DNA of 64,000 bases from Candidatus Kaiserbacteria bacterium (GTDB lineage Bacteria > Patescibacteriota > Minisyncoccia > Phycocordibacterales > UBA918): assembly GCA_031430855.1 (NCBI GenBank), contig JANPCG010000013.1, forward strand, positions 99,781-163,780, in the 5' to 3' direction. Below the pieces are notes generated by a model that searched no databases, was not told the origin of the DNA, and saw only the letters and a program-made list of their open reading frames with translations. How positions within the stretch are numbered: position 1 is the first letter of the stretch; every line of letters starts with the position of its first letter. A program made the position numbers and the translations under genes. This document shows, piece after piece, positions 28,386 through 38,054 of this stretch.

Positions 28386-29471
28386 ATGAACTTCTGGCAA
28401 CAACTATCAGCTCCATTTCTAACTGTCGCGCCGATGGCGGACGTTACCGATGCCGCATTTAGACAAATGATTGCTAAATATTCAAATCCCAATCAGGGGA
28501 TCGAGAATAATCCTTTTGTGACGTGGACAGAATTTGTCGCGGCTGATGGTTTGGTGCGCGCCACCCCTGAAGGTAAGGTTAAATTAATGGTTGACCTGAT
28601 CTACGGTAACGAAGAGCGACCAGTTGTTGCACAGCTCTTTACGAGCAATCCCGAGCATATGGAATATGCAGCGAAACTCTGTCTTGAATTAGGGTTTGAT
28701 GGGGTAGATATCAATATGGGATGCCCGGATAAATCAATCGAGAAACAAGGATGTGGTTCAGCCATGATAAAAAATCCCGCTCTCGCACGGGCAATTATTC
28801 AGGCAGCGAAGCGGGGGGCCAAAAGTGATGAGGGTGGTATTCCGGTATCGGTCAAAACTCGTCTCGGATACAATCATGACCAAGTAGATACGTGGATTCC
28901 TGAAATTTTAGCTGAGGCCCCGGCGGCTCTCACTGTCCATGCTCGGACGCGTAAAGACCTGAGTAAAGTCCCCGCCCGCTGGGAACGTTTAACTGAAGTG
29001 GTCGCACTCCGTGATCAGTTATCGCCAATGACCCGGATTATCGGTAATGGGGATGTGTTGTCGCCGGCTGATGGCTACGCCAAAATTGCCGAGAGTGGCG
29101 TCGATGGGGCGATGGTGGGACGAGCGCTATTTGGAAATCCGTGGTTTTTTAATCCGACCAAACAACTTCCAACTAGGCTTCTGGCACTCCCGACCCATGG
29201 GGTCAATCGTGACACGATTATTACCACTGATACGACGGGGAAAGGTGTCGAATATATTACTCTCGAGGAGCGACTTCGTGTTATGGTCGAGCACACCTAC
29301 TTATTTACAAAGCTCCTCCCGCACAAAAGTTTCGCTGTCATGAAAAAACACTACAAAGCGTACGTTGGTGGCTTTCCTGGAGCAGCTGAATTACGTACTC
29401 AATTAATGGAGCAAGAAACACCAGAAGCGGTAGTTGCGGTAGTTGGGGCATTTCTTGCATCGGCCAGATAG
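28386..29471 (+). CDS. dus: tRNA-dihydrouridine synthase
   Basis: FLTVAPMADVTDAAFRQM FMN-binding N-terminus typical of the Dus family; start set at MNFWQQL. Confidence 0.85.
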   Translation: MNFWQQLSAPFLTVAPMADVTDAAFRQMIAKYSNPNQGIENNPFVTWTEFVAADGLVRATPEGKVKLMVDLIYGNEERPVVAQLFTSNPEHMEYAAKLCLELGFDGVDINMGCPDKSIEKQGCGSAMIKNPALARAIIQAAKRGAKSDEGGIPVSVKTRLGYNHDQVDTWIPEILAEAPAALTVHARTRKDLSKVPARWERLTEVVALRDQLSPMTRIIGNGDVLSPADGYAKIAESGVDGAMVGRALFGNPWFFNPTKQLPTRLLALPTHGVNRDTIITTDTTGKGVEYITLEERLRVMVEHTYLFTKLLPHKSFAVMKKHYKAYVGGFPGAAELRTQLMEQETPEAVVAVVGAFLASAR

Positions 29472-29520
29472 ACCGGTATAGTAGCACAGAGAAGTACATC
29501 GAAACCTTGATGGAGGTAGG

Positions 29521-30102
29521 TTGATGCGTATGGCTGAAATTGAAGCGTATGTGTGTCAAAGTCAGTTAATTGAAGGAATTGGGTATACCAAAAGTAAGCA
29601 GCTGACCAGCGATCACATCGCCGCAGCTGAGTATGTCTGGAGGCAGGCTACTGTCGGATTATGGCCTGATGTTCGCGTGGTGCACCGGATGCTTGCAACG
29701 AGCTTTCTTTCTAGGGCAGGTTCGTTCCGTACCGTGCCAGTGTACGTTGCATCTGCCAAAGAAGGTGCTCCGCGGACAGATATGCCAGCTCCCCAACATG
29801 TGTCACAACTTATGGAGTATTGGGAGCAATGCGGTCAAACCATCCGCCAGGATGTCGAGCGTGATGTTAGTAGCGAATCTTCGTGTTTTGCTCTGTACTA
29901 TATCTTGTTGTGTATTCATCCGTTTGAGGATGGTAATGGCAGAGTTGCTCGACTTATGTGCAACGCGGCTCGAATTGTGTGTGGTCTGCCGTGGTATACG
30001 TTTACGGCCGATGTCCACCCGCTTTTTGTTGGGAAGTTGCGGACGTTTGAAAAGGAGACGTTTCGTCCGACCTTTGCGCAGTTGTACGATACGACGAAAT
30101 AA
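29521..30102 (+). CDS. Fic-domain protein (AMPylation family)
   Basis: canonical Fic motif IHPFEDGNGRVARL. Confidence 0.8.
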   Translation: MMRMAEIEAYVCQSQLIEGIGYTKSKQLTSDHIAAAEYVWRQATVGLWPDVRVVHRMLATSFLSRAGSFRTVPVYVASAKEGAPRTDMPAPQHVSQLMEYWEQCGQTIRQDVERDVSSESSCFALYYILLCIHPFEDGNGRVARLMCNAARIVCGLPWYTFTADVHPLFVGKLRTFEKETFRPTFAQLYDTTK

Positions 30103-30206
30103 CCAGGTACCCACGGTACCTGGTTTTTCTCTGGGTTGTTTCGCTGTAATTAAACCCGATAAAAGTCTGTATAGCTGCTTTCATTAGCGCTGTTGTCCAC
30201 GCGTTT

Positions 30207-30551
30207 TTGCAAGAACCCACAGCGTATCACGGTATACTAAGGGAGATGACCGAAATCTTGCACGCGAATATCTTTTTCTTTATCGCCAGTATTGCTACGA
30301 TCGTGTTTGCTGTACTGTTATGTGTTGCCATGTATTTGGTAATCAAGATCTTGGTTTCTATTCGAGCGATTCTCGCGCGGATAGAAGCGGGGAGCGATAT
30401 GATAGCTGAAGATATTCAAGCCGCTCGCGCCTTTATGGCTGGCGGTGGACTGATTTCCCATCTGATAGGATTTGTGACGCGCGCAGGCGGAGGTCGCAAA
30501 TCACGTTCTTCGAAGTCAAAAAAAGACCTTATTATACGAGATACTGAATAA
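30207..30551 (+). CDS. hypothetical membrane protein
   Basis: TM helix IFFFIASIATIVFAVLLCVAMYLVI; basic C-terminus. Confidence 0.35.
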   Translation: MQEPTAYHGILREMTEILHANIFFFIASIATIVFAVLLCVAMYLVIKILVSIRAILARIEAGSDMIAEDIQAARAFMAGGGLISHLIGFVTRAGGGRKSRSSKSKKDLIIRDTE

Positions 30552-30564
30552 TCACAAAATTTTT

Positions 30565-31038
30565 ATGGCAACGAAAAAGAAAGTAACGAATCCAACCTTA
30601 AGTGATACCCAAAAAATTGGTATTGGCGTTGGGCTCACGGCAGCAGCAGTGGCTGCAGCGAGTACCTATTTCCTCTATGGGAGTAAAGCGGCGAGTAAGA
30701 ACCGCAAAACAGTAAAGAGTTGGGCTTTAAAAGCAAAAGCTGAAGTATTGGAGAAATTAGAACAGGCCAAAGCCATGTCCCAAGAGGAGTATGAACAGAT
30801 GATTGATACTGTCGGTACTGCCTACACTGATTTAAAGCAGGCATCAAAAGCTGATGTGTCTGGTTTTAAAACCGAAATGAAAGACTACTGGAAGAGTATT
30901 GTAAAGACGGCTGCCCCAAAGAAAGCGGCAGCCAAGAAGGCGGTAAAGAAAGCTGCAGCTGCTGTCACCAAGGCCACCGCTCCAGTGAAGAAGGCTGCGC
31001 CAAAAACCGCAGCCCCAAAGAAAGCTGCCGCAAAGTAG
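30565..31038 (+). CDS. hypothetical protein with C-terminal Lys/Ala-rich (AAPKKAAAKKA) histone-H1-like repeats
   Basis: N-terminal TM segment, then KKAA repeat tail. Confidence 0.4.
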   Translation: MATKKKVTNPTLSDTQKIGIGVGLTAAAVAAASTYFLYGSKAASKNRKTVKSWALKAKAEVLEKLEQAKAMSQEEYEQMIDTVGTAYTDLKQASKADVSGFKTEMKDYWKSIVKTAAPKKAAAKKAVKKAAAAVTKATAPVKKAAPKTAAPKKAAAK

Positions 31039-31087
31039 TTAAAACCTAATCGATGTAAACGGACGACCCCTTAGAGGGGCCGTCCGT

Positions 31088-31963
31088 TTGCTGTATGATG
31101 AGAGGGTGAGACACCAAATTAGTTTTGTGGTGGCCGGATTAGTCTTCGGTAGTATAGCCCTCCTGTACGCCCAAGTTTTTTCCTACCAGTCAACTGATGA
31201 GGTCGCAGTTGCTCCTCCTGCTTTTATAATAGCAACGACGACAGTACCGATAACAACGGCGGCTGCTTTTGCGATTTTCGATGCTGAAACGGGTGAAATT
31301 CTCGCCAGTGAGAGTATCGAGAGTCCGTACCCTATTGCATCAGTCACTAAACTTTTTGCGGCAGTGGCTATTTTTGAGGCCTTTGATCCTGAGAGTACGA
31401 CTACCATCACTTGGGCTGATATCGAGGGCGGCGGCGAAGCAGGAAAGCTCCATCCAAAAGAAGTGTATTCTTATCGAGAGTTATTATTCCCGCTCCTGCT
31501 TGAGTCTTCAAATGATGCCGCGTCAGTCCTCGAACACGCCACTAAGGGAGAGATTATTTCTGCCATGGAAGCAGTGGCCCTAAAGTATGGTGCGGCGAAC
31601 ACTTCCTTCTCCGATGCTTCCGGTTTATCATCTCGTAATGTATCAACCGTGGGGGATTTGATGCGCTTTGTCCGAGCGACCAATACCGCCTATCCCTTTG
31701 TCTATGACATCGGTAAACTCCCGCAGTACATTGGACACTATACTGGGTGGCAGAATAATAATCCCGTCGCCACCATGCCTGATTTCCGTGGTGGTAAACA
31801 TGGCTACACCGAAGCGGCTGGACGCACGCTTGTCGCTCAATTCAATGAGTCGTTCACCGCTGGTGATCGTACTGTTGGCTATATCATCCTTGGCAGCCAG
31901 GATTTAAAGGCTGATACGGCAACCCTGCGGGCGTTTATTCAGAATTCTGTTGACTATCAATAG
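31088..31963 (+). CDS. D-alanyl-D-alanine carboxypeptidase, peptidase S11 (PBP5/DacA-like)
   Basis: SxxK (ASVTK), SxN (ESSNDAA), K(H)G-YT motifs in correct order; N-terminal membrane anchor. Confidence 0.65.
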   Translation: MLYDERVRHQISFVVAGLVFGSIALLYAQVFSYQSTDEVAVAPPAFIIATTTVPITTAAAFAIFDAETGEILASESIESPYPIASVTKLFAAVAIFEAFDPESTTTITWADIEGGGEAGKLHPKEVYSYRELLFPLLLESSNDAASVLEHATKGEIISAMEAVALKYGAANTSFSDASGLSSRNVSTVGDLMRFVRATNTAYPFVYDIGKLPQYIGHYTGWQNNNPVATMPDFRGGKHGYTEAAGRTLVAQFNESFTAGDRTVGYIILGSQDLKADTATLRAFIQNSVDYQ

Positions 31964-31983
31964 TCTGCTATACTAGTGCCACT

Positions 31984-33024
31984 ATGACTGACCATGTAGC
32001 GTTATATCGTAAATATCGCCCCACCAATTTTACTGAAGTACGTGACCAGGATCATACCGTCTCTGTCCTCAAAGGCGCTATTGCCAAAGATTCCATTCCT
32101 CACGCCATACTTTTCTCAGGTACTCGGGGGACAGGTAAGACTACTCTCGCGCGGATTTTTGCCGCAGCGATTGGAACGACTGCAGTTGATCTCTACGAAA
32201 TTGATGCGGCAAGTAATCGCGGTATTGACGACATTCGTGAACTACGTGAAGCGGTGCATACCGTTCCGTTTGAATCAAAGTACAAGGTATATATCATCGA
32301 CGAGGTGCATATGCTCACCAAAGAGGCGTTCAATGCCCTTTTAAAAACGTTAGAAGAACCACCGGCACATGTGGTGTTTATTTTAGCGACGACCGAAGAG
32401 GAGAAACTCCTTGATACCATTCTCTCCCGGCTCCAGGTATTTAAGTTACGTTCACCATCGCGCGCGGTCTTGGCTACTACTGTGACCGATGTTGCGAAAC
32501 AGGAAGGCTTTACTTTGGCACCAGAAGCAGCTGATCTTATTGCGGTTGCTGCCGATGGTTCATTCCGTGACGCTTTAGGGATAACGCAAAAAGTCATCTT
32601 GGCATCAGGTGATGTGATTGGGAGTAGTGATGAGGTGGCAGCAATTATTGGGGCACCAAAACAAGCCATCATTGAATCATTACTTACCGCGCTGCATGAG
32701 AAAAAATCTGAGCCGGCTTTAGCAGCGATTGCTACTGCGGTCGAGAGTCACGTTGAGATGAAACTGTTGGTCAGGATGATTCTCGAACATGTGCGCGCGG
32801 TGATGTTACTGCGTAACCAGCCAGGTCAGGTACAGGTTCTCCTCGCTAACTTCAGTGAATCAATGCGCGCTACATTAACCGGGTTTGTGACGGCTCCCTC
32901 GACGCCGCTCAATTCCCACTTGTTACTTCGTCTCCTTACGGTCTCTGACCAAACGACTCGCAGTCCTATTCCACATCTACCGCTTGAAATCGCAGTTGTA
33001 GAGTTAACGAGTGCAGTTGTATAG
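31984..33024 (+). CDS. dnaX: DNA polymerase III subunit gamma/tau (short, domains I-III)
   Basis: YRKYRPTNFTEVRDQDH...ILFSGTRGTGKTTLARIFA Walker A; DEVHML Walker B. Confidence 0.85.
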   Translation: MTDHVALYRKYRPTNFTEVRDQDHTVSVLKGAIAKDSIPHAILFSGTRGTGKTTLARIFAAAIGTTAVDLYEIDAASNRGIDDIRELREAVHTVPFESKYKVYIIDEVHMLTKEAFNALLKTLEEPPAHVVFILATTEEEKLLDTILSRLQVFKLRSPSRAVLATTVTDVAKQEGFTLAPEAADLIAVAADGSFRDALGITQKVILASGDVIGSSDEVAAIIGAPKQAIIESLLTALHEKKSEPALAAIATAVESHVEMKLLVRMILEHVRAVMLLRNQPGQVQVLLANFSESMRATLTGFVTAPSTPLNSHLLLRLLTVSDQTTRSPIPHLPLEIAVVELTSAVV

Positions 33025-33026
33025 GT

Positions 33027-33668
33027 ATGAAAACTATTTACCTTGTCCGTCATGGAGAAACGCACGCAAATATTAAACGTGTGTGGCAGGATGCTACTGA
33101 TGAATTATCACCAAAAGGCTTGCAGCAGGCCGAAGATGTAGCACAGCGCCTCAGTACATTGAAAATAGATTTTGCGCTCACGAGCTCAATGAAACGAGCA
33201 GTACAAACAGCAGATGTGATAGGCAAAAAAACAGGAATTTCATTTTTAGAATCTCCATTTTTTGTTGAAGTGTCGGTTCCAACCAGTACTGTTGGAACGA
33301 CATATGAAGAAGTGGAAGGCAATGCAGGTTTTGAGTATGTCGCTACACGTGACTTACATGCCGATGACCCAGACTATCGCTATGAGGATGAGGAAACTCT
33401 TAATGAACTAATTGAACGCATAAAAGCTGGTTTGGCATATTTAGATTCGCTTCCAGCTCAAAATATTCTCGTGGTAACGCACGGTACAATTCTGCGTAGT
33501 CTTATCAGCTTAGTGATGCATCAAGAGTTGCTAGTTACACCGTATACTATTTTTACTGCCGGCCGGAGACTCGAAACCATGAACACCAGTATTTCAGTAT
33601 TACACAAAAAACCTGATGCCTTATGGAGTGTTATCACCTTTAATGATTACGCGCATTTTGCGGAATAA
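33027..33668 (+). CDS. histidine phosphatase (phosphoglycerate mutase family), paralog 1
   Basis: YLVRHGETHAN RHG catalytic motif. Confidence 0.75.
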   Translation: MKTIYLVRHGETHANIKRVWQDATDELSPKGLQQAEDVAQRLSTLKIDFALTSSMKRAVQTADVIGKKTGISFLESPFFVEVSVPTSTVGTTYEEVEGNAGFEYVATRDLHADDPDYRYEDEETLNELIERIKAGLAYLDSLPAQNILVVTHGTILRSLISLVMHQELLVTPYTIFTAGRRLETMNTSISVLHKKPDALWSVITFNDYAHFAE

Positions 33669-33671
33669 TTT

Positions 33672-34301
33672 ATGAAAAAAATCTATCTCGCTCGACACGG
33701 CGAATCAACGTCAAATGTGTCCCATGTGGTACAAGGCTCAGAAGATATTTTGACGGCCGTGGGTGAAAAACAGGCGGATGTATTAGCTGAACGTCTCTCA
33801 AAACTATCATTTCAAAATCTCCTGGTGAGTGATTATGTTCGAACGAAACAAACCGTTGCGCCATTACTACAAAAAGTTTCTATAGAGCCAATGTATTCTC
33901 CGTTACTGCGCGAAGCGCGTCGTCCGAGTAGCCTCGTAGGTTCTCCAATTAGTGGTGAAGGCTTTGCTAGCTTTGACGAATTATCGAAAGTTCATGTGTT
34001 AGAGGCTGATTGGCATTTTGAAGACGAAGAAAATTTCCATGACATAGTGGCGCGGATTACAAACCTATTTGCTCTTATTAGTACCCTTGAGGGTGACACA
34101 GTTCTTGTCTCGCACGGTAGATTAGCTATCTATATTGTGATGTACGTCATCATGGGAGGTAATCTGACGCCCGCAGTCTGGCAGACTGATTTCGCTACCT
34201 TTACGACCACCAATACCGGTATCACCGTTTTTTCTTACAAAGAAACCGAAAAGTTGTGGGCTCTTACGACGTATAACGATCACGCGCACTTCGCGGAATA
34301 A
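33672..34301 (+). CDS. histidine phosphatase family, paralog 2
   Basis: YLARHGESTSN motif. Confidence 0.75.
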   Translation: MKKIYLARHGESTSNVSHVVQGSEDILTAVGEKQADVLAERLSKLSFQNLLVSDYVRTKQTVAPLLQKVSIEPMYSPLLREARRPSSLVGSPISGEGFASFDELSKVHVLEADWHFEDEENFHDIVARITNLFALISTLEGDTVLVSHGRLAIYIVMYVIMGGNLTPAVWQTDFATFTTTNTGITVFSYKETEKLWALTTYNDHAHFAE

Positions 34302-34304
34302 TCT

Positions 34305-34934
34305 ATGGAAGTCTACCTCGTACGACACGGACAAACTGATGGTAATTTAGGGCGTCGTCATCAGCACACCTCAACCAAATTAAATGAAACGGGAAAGGCT
34401 CAGGCTGCAGCGGTGTCAGAAATCATTAGGGAAATTAAACCCACGCATCTGATAACAAGTACAAATGTACGAGCGATTGAAACAGCGCGCCGGATTTCAG
34501 AAGTTACCGATTTAATTCCTGAAACCTATCCCGCCTTTGAGGAACTGCATCAATCTAAATCAATGGTCGGGGAACGTCTGGCGGGGCTCCGTGCTATCAA
34601 CTATATGGCGCTTTGGTTCTTAGGTAGTAGAACAGCATCCATGCACGACGGTGAGACATACGCAGCGTTTGTGAGTCGTCTTGCTCGTGCTCGAACCCAC
34701 CTCGAAGAATTACCGTCCGATGCTCGGGTGGTGATTGTCTCACATTCAGTGTTTATTAATTTCTTTATCGAACATATGATTCGTCCGAAGCGAATGGGGC
34801 TGACTCGCGCCACGCTGTGTCTCTTCCGCATTTTGACTCTTAAAAACAGTAGTATTACCCATACTCGCTTTAAGATGCCGGAGGATGGTAGTCACAAAAC
34901 CGGTTGGCACCTCGTACACGGTAAGGTGAAGTAG
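34305..34934 (+). CDS. histidine phosphatase family, paralog 3
   Basis: YLVRHGQTDGN motif. Confidence 0.7.
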   Translation: MEVYLVRHGQTDGNLGRRHQHTSTKLNETGKAQAAAVSEIIREIKPTHLITSTNVRAIETARRISEVTDLIPETYPAFEELHQSKSMVGERLAGLRAINYMALWFLGSRTASMHDGETYAAFVSRLARARTHLEELPSDARVVIVSHSVFINFFIEHMIRPKRMGLTRATLCLFRILTLKNSSITHTRFKMPEDGSHKTGWHLVHGKVK

Positions 34935-35036
34935 AGCTAACTACGAACCACACCTTGAAACTTCTCTATTTTCTGGCACTATAGAGCAACTGCGCCAAAC
35001 CAGAACTTTGAGCAGTAAAAAAAGAAATTGAATAAT

Positions 35037-35068
35037 TGCCGACTCGTCTAATGGTAACGACTCCGTGA
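35037..35068 (+). pseudogene. partial duplicate of the 5' half of tRNA-Gln (TGCCGACTCGTCTAATGGTAACGACTC...) followed by an unrelated hairpin
   Basis: about 28 nt match with 3 mismatches to the 5' end of the intact tRNA-Gln 88 bp downstream; no T-arm. Confidence 0.45.
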
Positions 35069-35124
35069 AAAGCTGTCCCACAGCCTTTCACCTAGCACCA
35101 GCCATGGGGGATGAAACAAAACAT

Positions 35125-35195
35125 TGCCGATTCGTCTAATGGTAGGACTCTGGTTTCTGGTACCAGCTATTGGGGTTCGAGTCCCTGATCGGCAG
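35125..35195 (+). tRNA. tRNA-Gln (anticodon CTG), U1-A72 pair
   Basis: manual fold: acceptor TGCCGAT/ATCGGCA, anticodon arm CTGGT-TTCTGGT-ACCAG, T-loop TTCGAGT; immediately precedes the GC drop. Confidence 0.75.
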
Positions 35196-35269
35196 CTTCT
35201 TATTTTAACTATATTTTCAATAAAATTGGTTCGAGTCAAAGATGCAAATTGGTCTGGTATACTTTTTGT

Positions 35270-36193
35270 ATGATAGATACTGATTTTCAAGAAAGATTAA
35301 TCGCACATTTAGAAAGAGAGTCCAATTTAATAATTGTATCAACTCAACTTTCTCCTCAAGGAATGTCTAGTTCTGTTTTCTTTATTAAAACAGCACAAGG
35401 TAAAGAATATGCAGTAAAATATGGTGTTGACGCTATGAAAGATATCCCTGCTCTTAATTTGCTTTCGAGGGAACAGGTTAGCATCTCTGTACCGTCAGTG
35501 CTTTGCTCGTTTCGTTTTGAAGAGACATCTGTAATCGTATTGGAAAAAATACAGTTTCCACTATTGGAAACGGTTGCTATGGAAGAAACACCAAAATACA
35601 TTCCTTCAATAATAAAAAATTTGAGAAAGCTACACAGAATAAAATCTATATCTCCAGGATTACTTAACGAACCAGACAGTCAGATGACATGGAAGGAAAT
35701 AATACTTGATATTTTTGAGGGTAATGCATTTAATTGGCAAGAGATTTCGCAGAGGGAAGTAATAAATACTGATTTGATAACAGTATCAGTAGAGAAAGTG
35801 ATCAAGAAAATAAATGACACTGAATTTCCGGTTGGAGAATATTCACTTTTACATACGGACTTTAATCAAAGAAATCTATTTGTGAATCAAGAGAATTATG
35901 AGATAGCAGGAATAATTGATTGGGAAGATGCGATGTATGGAGATCCAATTTATGACTTTGCAAGAGTGCGTATGTATTTATGGCACTTTAATATTGGGAA
36001 TCAGGCAATCAAAAAATACTACGAACTAATGGACTTCACCCCTCATCAAAAAGAGCTTGAGGATTTATACTGGCTTACTCGTGTAATTCAATATATCGGT
36101 TGGTATTCAGAAGAATTAAATGAATTTACTAGAGGGAGGATTAACCTTCATCAAGATTATCTACAATCATACGATTGGTCAAAAAAGTTCTAA
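35270..36193 (+). CDS. aminoglycoside/choline-kinase-like phosphotransferase (APH family)
   Basis: HTDFNQRNLF (HxDxxxxN catalytic loop) and IIDWEDAMYGDPIYDFA (IDWE...D) motifs. Confidence 0.7.
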   Translation: MIDTDFQERLIAHLERESNLIIVSTQLSPQGMSSSVFFIKTAQGKEYAVKYGVDAMKDIPALNLLSREQVSISVPSVLCSFRFEETSVIVLEKIQFPLLETVAMEETPKYIPSIIKNLRKLHRIKSISPGLLNEPDSQMTWKEIILDIFEGNAFNWQEISQREVINTDLITVSVEKVIKKINDTEFPVGEYSLLHTDFNQRNLFVNQENYEIAGIIDWEDAMYGDPIYDFARVRMYLWHFNIGNQAIKKYYELMDFTPHQKELEDLYWLTRVIQYIGWYSEELNEFTRGRINLHQDYLQSYDWSKKF

Positions 36194-36543
36194 TGGTGCG
36201 AATAGTCATAAGATTCGTCCAGGACCGTCCTAGGCGAAACTTTCCTAGCATATCGCTCAATTACCGTCGAGATGTGAAGATAAAAGTATAAGTGATAGGC
36301 CTTGCAGGTCTCAACCTCCCACAGTTCTAGCTCAAGGAAGCCAGTCCTTAGCATAGATTATCCTGTAAAGGGTGATCTTGTCTTAAGGCTACTTGAAGCA
36401 TCTTTATTGGGAGAGTCCTAGGCAAAGTATGCAAAAGTGCTGGCTGATGACGCCATTTAAAGGTATTATTAAATTGCGCCTATTATTGGACTCTAAACGG
36501 AAGTGTTTGTGTCAAGTGAACTAGTATAGATATTTTTGATAGT

Positions 36544-38049
36544 TTGATAAATTATGGTATGAATGAAAATAAGGATAAGGATTTTATAGATGACAAGATT
36601 ACTTCAAGAGCTGCTGATTTTTCTCAATGGTACCTAGATGTGATTAAAGCTGCTGATTTGGCTGAAAATTCACCCGTGAGAGGTTGTATGGTTATAAAAC
36701 CATACGGATATGCTATTTGGGAAAATATACAAAAGATTTTGGATAAAGAATTTAAAGATAAGGGAACAGAAAATGCCTACTTTCCTTTATTAATACCAAA
36801 AAGTTTTTTAGAAAAGGAAGCAGTACACGTTAATGGTTTCGCAAAAGAGTGTGCGGTTGTTACACACCATAGACTAGAAGAAAAGGATGGTAAATTAATT
36901 CCAGCAGGTGAATTGGAAGAGCCTTTAATAATTCGTCCTACATCTGAGACAATTATTTACGATGCTTTTTCAAGGTGGATAAATTCATATCGCGACTTAC
37001 CTCTACTAATAAATCAATGGTCAAACGTTTTTAGATGGGAAATGAGAACACGACCTTTTTTACGCACATCCGAATTTTTATGGCAAGAAGGGCATACTGC
37101 ACACTCCTCGAAAGAGGAGGCTGATAAAAAAACTCTAGAAATGTTAGAGGTATATCGAATGCTTGCAGAGGATTATCTTGCTATTTCGCTCGTCTTAGGA
37201 AGAAAAACTGAAAGTGAGAAGTTTGCGGGCGCAGACTACACCACCACGATTGAGGCAATGATGCAAGATGGTAAAGCTCTTCAGTCAGGGACGTCTCACA
37301 TGCTTGGTCAAAATTTCTCAAAATCATTTGATGTGTCATATTTGGATGAGAATCAAAAAAAACAATATGTTTGGCAAACAAGCTGGGGTCTATCCACAAG
37401 AATTATCGGTGCGATCATCATGTCTCACTCTGATGATAAGGGACTAGTTCTGCCTCCTAAAATCGCTCCATTTCAAGTGATAATTATTCCAATTTACGCC
37501 ACTGAAGAAGATCGAATAGCTGTTATGGAAAAGGTTTCCGTCATTAAAGACGATTTAAATTCAGCGGGAATTTCATTCAAGCTTGATGATAGAGTTGGTC
37601 GTCCTGGCTTTAAATATTTTGAATGGGAAAGAAAAGGTGTTCCATTAAGATTTGAGATTGGACCAAAAGACGTAGAAAAGGGTTCAGTTGTTGTTGTGGA
37701 AAGATTACATGGTACAAAAGAATTTGTTCGGGATAAAGACATTGTTTCATTTGCCCATTCAAGTTTGAAAGAAATGCAAGACTCGCTTTTTGCAAATTCA
37801 AAAAAGTTCAAGGTTGAAAACACTAGGGAAGTCGCAGATTACGAAGAATTTAAGAAGACGATAAGTAATAAAATTGGTTTTGTCTTTGCATATCTTTGTC
37901 TAGATAAAAACTGTGAAGAGAAAATTAAAGAGGAGACCAAGGCATCTAGTAGGTGTATTCCTTTTGAGGGAGGGGTTGGTAATTCTGGTAAATGTATCTA
38001 CTGCGGCAAAGATACTCCTTATAAAGTGCTGTTTGGGAAGGCTTACTAG
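36544..38049 (+). CDS. proS: prolyl-tRNA synthetase, archaeal/eukaryotic type (class IIa, C-terminal Zn-binding domain)
   Basis: colinear similarity to archaeal-type ProRS (FSQWY, YFPLLIPKSFLEKEA.HV.GF, RPTSETIIY, FRWEMRTRPFLRTSEF, CIYCGK); ORF starts TTG 36544, first ATG 36559. Confidence 0.85.
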   Translation: MINYGMNENKDKDFIDDKITSRAADFSQWYLDVIKAADLAENSPVRGCMVIKPYGYAIWENIQKILDKEFKDKGTENAYFPLLIPKSFLEKEAVHVNGFAKECAVVTHHRLEEKDGKLIPAGELEEPLIIRPTSETIIYDAFSRWINSYRDLPLLINQWSNVFRWEMRTRPFLRTSEFLWQEGHTAHSSKEEADKKTLEMLEVYRMLAEDYLAISLVLGRKTESEKFAGADYTTTIEAMMQDGKALQSGTSHMLGQNFSKSFDVSYLDENQKKQYVWQTSWGLSTRIIGAIIMSHSDDKGLVLPPKIAPFQVIIIPIYATEEDRIAVMEKVSVIKDDLNSAGISFKLDDRVGRPGFKYFEWERKGVPLRFEIGPKDVEKGSVVVVERLHGTKEFVRDKDIVSFAHSSLKEMQDSLFANSKKFKVENTREVADYEEFKKTISNKIGFVFAYLCLDKNCEEKIKEETKASSRCIPFEGGVGNSGKCIYCGKDTPYKVLFGKAY

Positions 38050-38054
38050 AGACT

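Noticed and set aside
36194-36543. T-box riboswitch leader upstream of proS
   Set aside because: It was looked for because ProRS genes are often T-box regulated. No AANNNGGGTGGNACCGCG T-box consensus or specifier-loop architecture was found.
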